A stretch of DNA of 62,803 nt, the filler included, from Phoronis australis (Eukaryota; Animalia; Phoronida): the NCBI GenBank assembly GCA_002633005.1. It is 5 parts of 5 records of this genome, joined end to end, with 100 filler letters (N's around TTAATTAATTAA, not from the genome) between each part and the next. Parts side by side here need not be neighbours in the genome. Positions count along the whole stretch, not along the records: positions 21,346 to 41,923 come from NMRA01001426.1; positions 42,024 to 56,518 come from NMRA01000270.1; 3 more parts are not named here. One strand, 5' to 3'. Position 1 is the first letter of the stretch. Each line of letters starts with the position of its first letter. Made by a program: the position numbers and the translations under genes. Below the pieces are notes generated by a model. It saw nothing but the letters and a program-made list of their open reading frames with translations, did no database searches and was not told the origin of the DNA. Shown here piece after piece: positions 37,700 through 50,130 of this stretch.

Positions 37700-38655
37700 A
37701 ACTTCCTCCTGCATAATCCACACTCCTGGCTGACTGTTAACGAGTTGTGTAAAGAGAGACCGATCATTTGCTAACTAGTTTAGTGATGAACACAAAGCTA
37801 AACACTCTTACATCGACACTGAGCATACAGAGAACTGAAGTGCAAGGACACCTGGCAGTGTATATGTAAACTATACTAGCTATAAATATCCCCTTTGCTA
37901 AAAAGAAGAAAACTCATGTAATATCAGTTTTCATTCAGTCCATGAAACGAGAAAATCTTACAACAAATTAAAGTAAATATCTAACATAGTCCTTGAAACG
38001 AACTGGTTCATGTTGTCCAGAGGGTCGAGTGTGAGTACTGGTATCATTTGTAGTAGTCGAATTTTCACACGCATCGGTTTCCGGGATACCTAGAGCGATC
38101 GGTTCCTCGAAATGCTCTTTAGGGGATTGCTCAATGTCCAATCGGATATGATGATGGTTTCAGACATAATCGGCTCGGAGGTGGCTACGAATACGGTACG
38201 AGCGATCCTTTAGTTGTTTGGCGTCTACTCTTCTGTCCCAATATTTACTGTTGGTATGCTGAAAACGCACTGGTTGACCTTCATCACGAACAGTTAAATC
38301 CTTAGCATGCCTATCATATTGTGAACACTTAATACGGTCGTGGTATTTTCATTGCTTTCCCACATTGACATTGGGTTTGCCATCACCATGCAATGATGGA
38401 ATATGCGACCTGGTTTGTCGACCGAAATCATTTCTGCCGGACTTTGGTTGGTTTGTTGCCACGTTGTATTGCGCAGTTCTAATAATGTAAGGTATTGGTC
38501 GGAACCATCTTGAACACATTTGTTATGAGTCTTAATGATTTTAACTCTAGATTCCGCCTTCCCGTTAGCTTGTTGGTGTCCATGGTGCATTCCCCTGGTC
38601 GTAGCAAATTGACGAATTTCATAACCCGTGAACTGTGTACTGCGGTCGGACACAA
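37700..38655 (-). mobile_element. Gypsy/Ty3 LTR retrotransposon 3' remnant (integrase end, PPT, probable LTR)
   Basis: SDRSTQF..YEIRQFA...HQQANGKAESRVKIIK...DGSDQYLTLLELRNT...SPAEM is an integrase core. Terminal PVRFKDYV at ~37985-38008 and purine tract AAAGGGGA near 37890. LTR limits are uncertain. Confidence 0.85.
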
Positions 38656-39136
38656 TGCGTGCTAAATGTTTCTTGCAATTGTATTCCTACTTTGGTTCTT
38701 AATGGCAATTTGTTTTTTTTTTTACGTTTACCTTTGTATCTTTGAAATTTTGAGATGGATTTTCTGAAATTTGGCAAATAGCTTTGAGAAACGACGACAG
38801 CTTCCCATTTTCAGATGGGTTCACTGTATTTTGTGCCCTCTAATGGCCAGTTTTATGACTAAAAACTCTTCTAGAGGCACACCGTTTGCGGTGCAGTCGT
38901 GGGTGCATTTCAACGCTCGATGTTCCTCTTGGTCATTTTCTTAATGATTAAGTGATTCACATGAGATCAGAGTTTGAAATGTCAGATATAGTAAGTACCA
39001 GGGAAGGGCTATATAGACATGAAATTTTGAATGCTTTGCCTGGTGCACATTCGCCTTAACATATGTTATAAACGTGAAATTATCGTAAATCATTTTATGT
39101 GCATCTGGCACTAAAAGTTTCAGTAATGTGTTCTGA

Positions 39137-39457
39137 TGAGGAACGCTGTATATATGAATTCATAATTTGAGTACCAGGACCTGCCGAGGAACACTGTAGA
39201 TATGATATGAAACAAAATTTATGCACAACCCCCTGTCAAGGAACACTGTATATATGAATTGATACACACTTTAAGTACATGCCCTGTTGAAGAGCACTAC
39301 GTATGAATTGATTCATTATTTCAGTTCTGGGACATGTTGAGGAAGTTGTTTTTCAGTAATTGATACATAATTTCAGTATGATGCTCCTTATACACGAACT
39401 TATTCTGGTGCTGGGTCCTATTGAAGAACACTGTATTGTGTGAATTTATAATTTCAG
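39137..39457 (+). repeat. Degenerate ~50-bp tandem repeat derived from the FN3 exon B splice-acceptor region
   Basis: GA(G/A)GAACACTGTA...TGAATT...TAATTT(C/G)AGT..C.GG..C.GTT units are repeated immediately before the true acceptor at 39457. Confidence 0.6.
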
Positions 39458-39772
39458 TGCCTGGCCCTGTTGGAAATCTGGAAGTCATTTTACAGAGTGC
39501 CAATTCAATTATAGTATCCTGGAGTCTCCCAGATATTCCAAATGGTGTCATCACAAGATATCAAGTTGAACATAAGTTGGTTAAAAGACTGTCCTGCCCA
39601 ACCATCGTAGTCGAAGACAGTTATGATATTAGTGAAACACCAAATGCAGGAACATTTCAGAAGGTTCTTGGATCACTTGAGTCGAACGCTTACTATAGGA
39701 TAAGAGTCAGAGCTTTCACGATTAAAGGTGGAGGGAGCTACCAGGTGATACAGAGACATACGTCAGCAACAG
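39458..39772 (+). CDS. Fibronectin type III exon B of the same receptor-like gene
   Basis: PGPVGNLEV...SIIVSWSLPDIPNGVITRYQVEH...LESNAYYRIRVRAFTIKGGG...HTSAT. atttcag| acceptor, |GTTTGT donor, 315 bp, phase 1-1. Confidence 0.9.
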
Positions 39773-40029
39773 GTTTGTATGAGAAGTGAATGATGTTGAG
39801 TTGAGGGAACAGTGAAGTAAAACAATGTCAGTTCACTTTGTAATGTTATTGAGAAATCATCCTACATAAATGTATGACTTAAGTTGACTTCAAATAGAGA
39901 AACATTGTTCCCATGCTATTTGCCACCCAAAGCGTTTAACCCGGGAGCACAAAAATCAGAGGGTGAGCGTTTGTTGAACAAGGGTATTTAAAAACAATAT
40001 ATTTTAAAGTTATGAGCACGTACTCCAAC

Positions 40030-40133
40030 GGTCAAACATTCTCATCCCTATTCTTATTTTTATTGTTCTTATTCTTATGCTTTTTGTTCTTATTGATATT
40101 CTTATTCTTGTTGTTATTCTAATTGTTATTCCG

Positions 40134-40176
<43 letters not shown>

Positions 40177-40346
40177 TTATTCTTACTATAATTGTTTTTG
40201 TTCTTCTTCTTCTTCTTGTTCTAATTCTTCTTAGTATTATTGTTATTAGTATTGTTCTTCTTATTATTGTTAGTGTTATTATTATCATCATTACATTTTA
40301 TTCTTATTCTTATTCTTGTTATTATTCTTGTTGTGGTTGGTTTCTT
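40030..40346. repeat. (ATT/TCT/GTT)n low-complexity microsatellite; related tract at 34786-34990
   Basis: Direct reading. It generates spurious poly-Ile ORFs. Confidence 0.9.
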
Positions 40347-40719
40347 NGAGGGAGCTACCAGGTGATACAGAGACATACGTCAGCAACAGGTTTGTATGAG
40401 AAGTGAATGATGTTGAGTTGAGGAACAGTGAAGTAAAACAATGTCAGTTCACTTTGTAATGTTATTGAGAAATCATCCTGCATAAATGTATGACTTAAGT
40501 TGACTTCAAATAGAGAAACATTGTTCCCATGCTATTTGCCACCCAAAGCGTTTAACCCGGGAGCACAAAAATCAGAGGGTGAGCGTTAGTTGAACAAGGG
40601 CATTTAAAACAAAATTATCTTAAAGTTATGAGCACATACTCCAACGGTCAATCATTCTCATCCCTATTCTTATTTTTATTGTTCTTATTGTTATTCTTTT
40701 TCTTCTTATTGATATTCTT

Positions 40720-41923
40720 ATTACTCTGCGGGTCTAAGCGCAGAGTACTGTTGTTCCTGGGTTTTCTTCAATTTTATTCTTATTGCTCTGCGCGTGTAAG
40801 CGCAGAGTACTGTTGTTCCTGGGTTTTCTTCAATTTTGTTCTTCTTATTCTTCTTTTTCTTATTCTTCTTCCGACCAACTTTGAGGCTTAATAACTCCAA
40901 ATTGGGTGCAGGTACGGTCTTTAAATTCAGCATATGACTTTTGACAGTATATATATTTTGATTGGTTATATAATCATATTCCATATTGCACTGGAAGAGG
41001 TCGTTTGGTGCAAAGGTCATATAATTTTCAAAATGCTACTCCTCCTTCAGTTTTAAAGCTATCTTTTTCAAATTCTGTGCACAGGTATAAGTCAACATGA
41101 CAATTTAAAAAATTACTTTTCTAAGTAATCGGGTCATCCAATCAGGTGAAATAGGTCAAAGGTCATTAGGTGCAAACTAAAATTTTGAGCTAGACACTTC
41201 AAATTGACAGGTCTGATTGCCACAGGTAAATCAAATCGGAATCCAAAAATTCAGGTCATTTAGTGCAAACGTGGGGTCATTAGGTGCATTTTTCTTCTGA
41301 AAATTTGACCTTTTCAAACAGCAAGTATTCTAATGTGTCAACCGTTAGACAACTGTGATTCTCAGGGTTAAACACATTTTCCATGGGCTTTGCAATAATT
41401 CTCCTAAAGATGCTTAAAATGCACCGGATGAGGTCAATTACTGCAAAGGTCATGTAACGTTCAAAATTTTATGTCTATTACGTTGTTCAAGAAATTGTTT
41501 TCAATTTCAGCACACTGGTGTAAGTCAACATGCCAATTAAATACCCTAATTTACTTTGCAATAGGCCTAACCAATCAGACAAAATAGGTCAAAGGTCATT
41601 GAGTGCAAACTTAAATTTTGAGCTAGAGACTTCAAAGTTACATATCTGTTTACTAAGTGCGATTGAGTTTGAATTCTAAATGTTCAGGTCATTTGGTGCA
41701 CCCATGGGGTCATTAGGTGCATTTTTCTTCTGAAAGTTTGACCACTTCATTCATCTTGTATTCTGAAGTGCTTAAAGTAAAACATCTGTGATTAATAGCA
41801 TTAACCACACTTTTAATTGAGTTAACAATTATTCCCTTCTTCGGGGATCATAATGCACCGGAAGAGGTCAATTAGTAGAAAGGTCATCAAAAAATTAATA
41901 TGTAATTTCTCCTACAATTTTAA
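40720..41923 (+). mobile_element. Third HINE/Helentron-type copy with duplicated 5' head, truncated at the gap
   Basis: 5' subTIR plus inverted repeat ACTCTGCG...CGCAGAGT at 40723-40746 and again at 40785-40808. The body matches 32866-33910. Confidence 0.75.
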
Positions 41924-42121
41924 NNNNNNNNNNNNNNNNNNNNNNNNNNNNNNNNNNNNNNNNNNNNTTAATTAATTAANNNNNNNNNNNNNNNNNNNNN
42001 NNNNNNNNNNNNNNNNNNNNNNNCTGAAAACGTAGATCCGCCACTGGTAAACACTGTGAAATACTTACTTCGATTTGAGAGTCAAAGACATTTCTGTAAT
42101 GTCTATGTTCTGCTAGGCACA

Positions 42122-42580
42122 CACGTGATAAAACGGAAGTAAACTTTTACGCAGCGATCCTGTTGGCAATCAAGTTTGTAGCATTGATGAGTCATTTGGC
42201 AGATGGCTGAATGAGACAAGAAGGCGGAAAGTTTATACAAATCCTTAGAATTTTACAAATGAATGTTTTACTTGCTTTTCTAATAAATATAAATTTTTGA
42301 AGGTTAAGGCCGGAGAATTTTCACTAATCTAAAACAAATTCTCATCGTAGTGATGTCACCCTCCCACGCGCCTGGGGCCGCTGAGCCGCCCACGCCGCCT
42401 CATCGAATTCATAACAACTGAAACAATTAACAACGTGAACTTTTGTTATATATATATATTTTTTTAATATGCTTAATATTCGTGTTCCTCCTTTAAAGCT
42501 ATGCTGACGGATACCGGTCACCATGGAGTAGGGATTTTCCTTGTAGTCTAAAAATAGACTGCGTGACCATGGGAAAAGCC
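42122..42580 (+). promoter_or_regulatory. Putative promoter of the TNFR-like gene with NF-kB, AP-1, ETS and E-box motifs
   Basis: GGGATTTTCC (42531-42540, canonical kB), TGAGTCA (42188-42194), CGGAAGT (42134-42140) and CACGTG (42122-42127), all within ~510 bp of the ATG. Confidence 0.4.
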
Positions 42581-42629
42581 GAGTCTCGAGTCAGTCAAAG
42601 GAGTGGCATGACATTGAGAAAAACCAACA

Positions 42630-42876
42630 ATGGAGGCAGTAAACGCTCCAAAGTTAGCGAGTTCATTCTTTTTCGCTTACTTTTTGCTATCACTAGTGAT
42701 ATTTTGTTCAGCTACATATACTCCGTGTCGTGACGCCACAGAATGTGACCAGTTGACCTACTTCTTCTGTGACACCGGTCTGGAAGTCTGTGTTCACTGC
42801 AGTGGACGATGTAGCCTAGCCAGGCTGAAAACAGCATCACAGACGAGAAGAGACAAGTGTGAACTAGAATGTGCAG
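42630..42876 (+). CDS. Grindelwald-like single-CRD TNF receptor, exon 1 (signal peptide + 8-Cys domain)
   Basis: Hydrophobic leader FFFAYFLLSLVIFCSA, then C-x5-C-x7-C-x6-C-x2-C-x3-C-x15-C-x3-C. Donor G|GTAATT. Confidence 0.75.
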
Positions 42877-43519
42877 GTAATTATGATTGGATACATATTC
42901 AGAGCAAACGTATTATATTGTTCATTAAAATAAGTTCAAGATCAAAAGGACTCTTATACCCTGGTCCGCGATGCAGTGACCCGGCAGCCAGTGTGGTCGG
43001 CGGGTCGTAGAAAATGTTGTAGCATATTGTGACACACAGATGAGAACGATATTACTGTTCAATTTGGTTATGAAACATTAGAAATGTGCTGCATAGTTTT
43101 TGACAAAAGTGTCAATAAAAACTTTGAAACAGTGCATATAACGCCGAAAAAGAAAATAGGTTATTTTCGAAAACTATCACAGAATTTTTAAAATCTCACT
43201 TTAAACATTTGTATCAAATAAAGCTTGATCATGTTTGTGATACCGTTGTTTTCCTATCAATGTGTCGTTTTTTGCTAAATTTAACGAAAAAGACATGTTT
43301 AGGAGACCCAATTAATAACAGATTGGTGAAAAGTCAATAAAATCTATAGTTTTGTGGATATTTGGCTGAATGCATAGACATAGCATATTCATCTCAGTAG
43401 AAAACAATTAGCCTGCCAATATAAGCTGAGAACAGCTGTCTGGTGCTGAGCGTGTAATGTGCCATGAACAATAAGGTGCGCGTAACTTGCCTAGAAAATT
43501 ACCAGCATTGTGCGCAGTT

Positions 43520-43573
43520 TGTCTGTCCGTCCGTTTGTCTGTCTGTCCGTCTGTCTATCTATCTGTCTGTCTA

Positions 43574-43608
<35 letters not shown>

Positions 43609-43610
43609 TT
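43520..43610. repeat. (TGTC/TATC)n microsatellite
   Basis: Direct reading. Confidence 0.9.
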
Positions 43611-43980
43611 TAGTCTGTTAGTCTCTCTGTTTATCGGCGCGCCTGTCCTTATGTCTGTCTCGATCGGTTTATGTATCTATCTATCTATCTTTCGCTGGCT
43701 ATTGATTTGTAAAATAAACCACACCGGAACTGCACATAAATACTGCAATTCTTGATCTCTGTCTCATCACTTGCCCAAAATTGTTCCCGTCAATTTCCTG
43801 TGAAGATGTGCGAAATAATAAAATGGTTGTTTTTGCCATTTTCCTCTCATTGCATAGTATAGTATGACCTTTCGTAGGAGACTATTCGGTCGGCTAACTC
43901 AGTGCACCTGGTGAAAAATAGACATCCACTTGCATTTGACGCTCAGTTCAGTTGATTTTTAATGTCATTCTTTTTTTCAG

Positions 43981-44073
43981 ATTACATGAATGAGCAGCGC
44001 AAAGCGACAACGTCTGTACCATCAACAATCGTGACCCAACTGAAGGCTGGACCACGTTCTTCGAATCTCAAGG
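43981..44073 (+). CDS. TNFR-like gene exon 2 (S/T-rich stalk)
   Basis: tttttttcag| DYMNEQRKATTSVPSTIVTQLKAGPRSSNLK |GTGAGT. 93 bp, phase 1-1. Confidence 0.7.
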
Positions 44074-44439
44074 GTGAGTCACACGTCATCTATGAGATTT
44101 TTTTGCGTTCATAGTGCCCTAAGTCGTAAATATCAGTATACATGTAGTATACAAGCCACGTGTGACTGATCCAACCACGCGATCAACTAAATCAATACGT
44201 CAACAACTGAAGCTTAGACGTTTACGTAGGCGCAAAATATGTCAAACTGCTTCCTCTCTGTGCGTCATTGTCGATTTTTTAAGTGATTATGATCATCAAA
44301 CGTCCACAGGGCGTTGGACAAAAGCAACACTCGTCTCCAGGCAATGCTTATGTGAATCAAAAACAAAATAAGGTCAAAGCTTTATCAATGCAAATTTGGG
44401 ATGTGCCTAGTAATGTTGTGTATGAACTTGGAATCTTGC

Positions 44440-44801
44440 TTAATCTCAAGAACGCCTGAGCGTGAACTTGGAAAACGGGGAAATTTGTAAAGTTCACTCG
44501 GTCTAATCACGTTCATGCTGATAAAAATTTGCACTGCACTAAATCAAATTATATGTTAAAAAATAACGTAAAATACTTTTTCCAATCTTTTTTCAACTAT
44601 TGGCAATCTTATTCACCGAAATATAATTAATTTAACCATTCACATATTTCTCTGATTCTTTGACACAAGTCACGCTAAAGGAGAAAATGGGTGATCGTGA
44701 AGCCAATAATTACAAAAACTTTACGCTGTACACAAATTTTTACCTGATTGCCCAAATGAATATTTAACTCCAAGTTCACAAATACGTGATCTTGAGATTA
44801 A
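44440..44801. mobile_element. MITE with ~31-bp imperfect TIR
   Basis: TTAATCTCAAGA...GTGAACTTGG (44440-44471) versus CCAAGTTCAC...TCTTGAGATTAA (44770-44801). Confidence 0.5.
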
Positions 44802-46888
44802 ACTGAGCTGCCTGTCTTAAGTGAATCCTAACTCAGGTAGTCAGCGGCTAGCCGAGGTCCAATTTACATTTTCACTCCTTTAGTTGGTGTGAGATGTCAG
44901 CTTACAGATATAGCTCACTTGGGGCAGACAGCCCAACTGTACGTCGGCGCTGGCCCTAAGGCTTCATTTTCACTCTCCGTGAACTTTTGTTGAAACATGA
45001 GCACTCAAGTTCTGATGGCTGCCTCCACGAGGTTTACCCCTACGTATGACGGGATGGTGCTTCGGTATAAAATGGGCGCCATTCGGAAAAGGGGGCATGG
45101 GGCAAAATTTGACGAAGTCTAATTGGTTTGTGCTCCTCCCCACCCCNNNNNNNNNNNNNNNNNNNNNNNCCCCCCCCCCCCCCTCGGGGGGCCTGTTACT
45201 GGTATATTTATATTAGTCAATCATAATCTCATCCTCATCAGTTACAAAGCTTGGATTATCGTGGGCGGACATGGGTATTTTCATGGCCAGGGTTGGCAGT
45301 GTCGAGACATTACACACAGCCTGGTCAATAGCAACTGATCGATACATTTGCAATTGACCATTGCTTGGCGCCAGCGGCCTAATAAGAGGTGACAGTGCAA
45401 TTTCCCCCGCGGAGTGCCTAGATGATGGGCAAGACGGCAGGCCCTCAACAAATTAAAGTGGACACAACTAAGTGAAGGGTGGTTTTCTTTAGTGCGACTT
45501 ACGAAGAAAATAGGAATACACCTCTGTCGACACCAAGGTCGTCAATCAACGTCTGTGGCATTGGTTTTATCGTCCTCGTTGTCGGCCTATAGTTAAGTAG
45601 TACTGTCGGTGTCAGCTCAAGTTCTGTTGTTGGAGTCAGCGTGTAGGTCGTTGCACGTTTGTCTGCATCGTCTGTGCCATAATTTATGCCAATGGTACCG
45701 GCCGGTTCGCAGCGAAGCCCCCTTGCCGGTGGCTTCGTCGAAGTTAACTTAATTCATTGTTGTCAGCGTTCACTTTCCAAAAACTTTTGGGTGGCAATGT
45801 ATTTGGCGGAGTCTTGGTCTTCCATGACATCTTCAGTGTCCAATTATGAAAGTCAGCATTGTGATCTTGGTGTCGCTACCATCGTGGCTGAAGTGACTTT
45901 ACTTCTTCGGTCGATTTTCCCAAGTGTCGCTCCTCAGGGCGCATTTCTGCTCTGTATTACTGACATATACTCACTAAGTAAGCAGTAGGTATTGAAGTTT
46001 TAAGTCAGACTACACTGAGGTTTTCATATTCGCCCCTTAATTATTACGATATCCCGCAGAGATCCACTAGTGTGACGTGCTCGAGCAATTGGTTTATTTT
46101 TGCCTTTTTATCCGACCACTAAAGCTATTTCGTCTTATTTCGTCGTTTGTTACTATTACTTTTCATGCTTTTCCTGTTTTGGTATCCTAGTGCCGTCGTC
46201 TGCTCTGTCTCTTAGACTATGAAATCGTCTACATCGAATAATAAACATACCCACAGATAATGAATTCGAGAAATTCCTCGTTAGTGAATTTGTGAATGTG
46301 TTTCATAATGCACTTACACTGATTTCTGCCATGCTCTGAAACGCTACTATTCCAAACAGTCACTAAAAACGACTTTCTTGGTAAATTCGCTACCCGACAT
46401 CAGAATTTTCAAGGGATGCGCGGCTCCACGAGCTAGTGAATTCAAACGTACAGTTCAGGAATAGTCGGCAATCGTATGAAAGGATTGACATAAAAATACA
46501 ACACACGGTGAATTATCAGAAAGTTCATGTGGATTCCTCAGGTGAAAACGAAAATATCCTGAGTCTAAAGATCAGCCGATTTGATTTATGGATTATAATT
46601 TATTTCTTATCTCCTCTAAGTTTCATGAGCCAGCGAGACAAGTAAATGACATAAAATCTTGATTCCATCAAAAATCATATAGGATAATGCTTGACTCGAC
46701 AATGATGCCGTATCTCACGTGCTTAATCTAAACGTCGAACAGAGTACAGATCAACTACAAAACACTTGTAGCAGTAGAACTTGTAATTTCACATAAAAAT
46801 CAACATGTCAAATTTAGCATCATTTTTGGAATCTGTTTTTGGAAGTCATTTTGACAAAGAACTGAAGCGTATTCTTTTGCTTTTGCAG

Positions 46889-47191
46889 CAACGGAAGACA
46901 GTGGTGAAGCATTAGCAGTACGCTATCTAGTGTACGGAATAGCTGTAGTTGTTGTAACGATACTTGTGTTACAAGTATACTATATGTTCTTGAGGAAACT
47001 CTGCTGCAAACCCAAACTGCCACTACCGCAGACAGCAACTAAAAACAACAGCAACAGCAGCAGTAGAAGTAGCCCAGAGACCAAATACCTATTGCCTACA
47101 AAAAACAATGACTCCATTCGTTTAAAAATGGACGAAGTGACCCATCCGCCTTCCTACCACAGCGAGCACACACTCGATGAAAATAACGAAG
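46889..47191 (+). CDS. TNFR-like gene exon 3 (transmembrane helix + cytoplasmic tail)
   Basis: ttttgcag| ...YLVYGIAVVVVTILVLQVYYMFL-RKLCCK (TM, basic stop-transfer, Cys pair)...HPPSYH...NNE G|GTAGGT. 303 bp. Confidence 0.78.
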
Positions 47192-47763
47192 GTAGGTATT
47201 TTCAGGAAGAGATCTCTTCCTGGTATTTTGTGTCTCTGAGGTCCTGTGCAGCACACGGTTCAGATATTACGAATTCGATGAAATGAAAGTTTCCTCTCAA
47301 CGGTTCTGAAACTAGTCAATGTCAGCATTTAGTTTGCACACAGAACTAGAGCCAACTTCTCGTTTTATAGTTTGTAGATCAGTGAAATATTTTGCCGGTG
47401 GGTGACCGGCAGAAAGTACCACAAGATGACTTTTTGCTCAGTAGTGACGAGTCGGAAATGGCAGTCGCCTAAACTAACTATACCATCCCCGGTTCATGGG
47501 CGGCGCACCATAGTGGGCTGGGGGGGGGGCTTTAGCCCCTCCACTTTTTTCGGTGCTGCGCCGCCCATGCCGTTGGCAACAACTGGGTATATGCATAACG
47601 TTTCAGTGTCCAGCCTAACACCTCCAACGATCCTATCGTGAACTCTGGTCTTCTCTGCAATTTTTGGAACTTGTGTATCCCTTCAATGCGTCACACTTTA
47701 TTCAAAAGAGACTAGGCTATATCTTACGGTCGCCATGTACATTGCTGTGTAATTTATTTTCAG

Positions 47764-47945
47764 ATGATGACGCTGATGCTTTTCCGTTACCTACCGGTAG
47801 ATCCGCGCAACCATTCGTCAGCCGAGCCGAAGCAAATGAATCTCCGGTTCCATCTGGATCACGCACTGACGAAACCGAGCTAAAAACTATGTCGGGCGCA
47901 CGATTTATGAGTTGCGCACACGACAAGGACGAGTTGGCAGTTTGA
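47764..47945 (+). CDS. TNFR-like gene exon 4 (C-terminus ...DKDELAV*)
   Basis: ttttcag| acceptor in phase 1. The four exons total 825 nt, giving 274 aa plus stop with no frame break. Confidence 0.7.
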
Positions 47946-50054
47946 ACCAGACGCTTTAACCTCAGAACTCTAGCCTAGCTGTACTAGAGTTCTATGCGTG
48001 AACGAACAGTTTTTAGCCTGGTCCTTCTTTTGGCATTTTTCCAACCAGCCATTCTCAACGATACCAACTGAGATCCTTTTTATTGAGTTCACGTCATCGA
48101 ATGAACTTTTGTACTGTGTTGACGTCTATCTCGCTTTTTAATACATGTAAAACGACGAAATATTTTAGGCGAAATGGTGAAATGTCTATTTCCTCGGCAT
48201 GTTGTTGGCCGGTAAGCCGATTTGGTGTTCGCCAGGCAACATGTCGTAAATGCGCGACTCGGACCCAAAAATACTTAGGCAACAACTTTAAATCGGGTTA
48301 AAGGGTTTTGCAACTTTATNATGTAAAACGACGAAATATTTTAGGCGAAATGGTGAAATGTCTATTTCCTCGGCATGTTGTTGGCCGGTAAGCCGACTTG
48401 GTGTTCGCCAGGCAACATGTCGTAATTGCGCGACTCGGACCCAAAAATACTTAGGCAACAACTTTAAATCGGGTTAAAGGGTTTTGCAACTTTATGTAGA
48501 AAGTCACTTGAGCGGTTCTGACGTACGGAGATTGGAACCTGGGCCTAGCTAGGAGATTACGTTATTGTTGTGTATTAGAAACAGGAGTGTTAAGTTATGT
48601 TAGTTTGAGCACATGTGAAACGATAATAAGTGTTTTGAATGTTTGCAAGGTATCCAATACGAATGTTCTTTGATGAAATAGTCATAACAATGGTATCACG
48701 AAGTATCACTTCCGTTTTAAACCTGAAACACAGATGCTGAATGCTGGCTCTCCAAGCGTTGTCATCACATCAGAAATCATCGGATCCACTTTGACCCTAA
48801 ATCTAGAAGAGGCATTCCACAAGAAAGTTAAAAGAAACAAAAAAACCACTCTAGGGATCATCTTTCAGATTCAGTTTAAAGTTTGTGTATGTGACCGTGG
48901 GGTGGCTCTGATACAAAAATGACCAATTTTGCACTTACTGGCCTGTTAATTTGTACTTATAGACCTCCAAAGGTGTGAGAAGAAAATGACACGTTTTTGC
49001 ATACCGAAAACAGCAATTTTCCAAAATCAAAAGCCGGTAAATTGCATGCAATGAGAAACAAGACATTACAACATAAAAAAGTGGTACAGAAGGACTCCCA
49101 AGTAAAATTGATACAAATAATTTCGCTGCATCCATCACGTGACAGGGAAAATAAATCTGGGAGCACATTTTTGTTGTGTTGAATGTGGGTGTCACGTAAG
49201 TGCTTCTACAACCCAGTTTGCAGAGCTGTGGACATTGAGAGACGTGTTTATGGATAGATTTTGGACATGTGAACAAATTTAAATCTCTCGAACGTTTTTT
49301 TTCATTTTTATTCTAAAAATTTTCTAATAATACTTCGGGAGCAAGTTTTCCGATATGCAAAATTGATTAAATGCTCGACACTGGTCGTTATTAACAGTCT
49401 TTATTCCGTTCGGTTCGTATGCTCGGAATGAAGTTCTACACTCCACAGAACATTGGTGAAGCAACTGACCAAGAGACATGATTAAAAGACACACGATATT
49501 TCGAAACATACTTATTTCATTCTGAAGTGGAAAAAATGACGCAGTAATTCCACCACAGAGCATAAGCTGGAGACAAACATGGTATGAAATACTGCAAAGA
49601 ATGACAAATGAAGGGAGGTTACAAGGAAGTCACGCAAACAAGTGTAACTTAGAGAAGAATTTTATTCCGAACCTATGAACGAAACGGAATACAGACAGGC
49701 AACAACGAAAAGTGTCGTGTGTTTAATCAATNCCCTCCCATTAAAAACCCTTCTCGATTTTGTCACATGAACTTGGCTCATGAGTTTCGTTGTGCAAACC
49801 TGGGTTTGAGTCACACCACCAGCAAACATTTTTGTTGTAACATCTGCTTACACACACCTTTTTTAGCATACACTGAAAAAAGTGTGGTGTGTATACAGAG
49901 GTTTGGACAACTACCAAATATTCAAGAAGGAGCACCGACGGGGAGTAAAAACTTGAATATCAGATGATGGCAACAGCCTCAAGCTGTTTAAGAAAGAAGA
50001 CCTGTGCTGTTAGTCCGGAAATAAACGTGTGTTCTGTCTCGTTACGAGAAAAAC

Positions 50055-50130
50055 TGGCGAACTATGGTGCTCTTGGCGAACTATGGTGCTCTTGGCGAAC
50101 TATGGTGCTCTTGGCGAACTATGGTGCTCT
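50055..50130. repeat. 19-bp perfect tandem repeat x4 (TGGCGAACTATGGTGCTCT)
   Basis: Direct reading. Confidence 0.95.

Noticed and set aside
40010-40406. Hydrophobic poly-Ile/Leu ORFs (also 34625-35039)
   Set aside because: Translations of ATT/TCT microsatellites.
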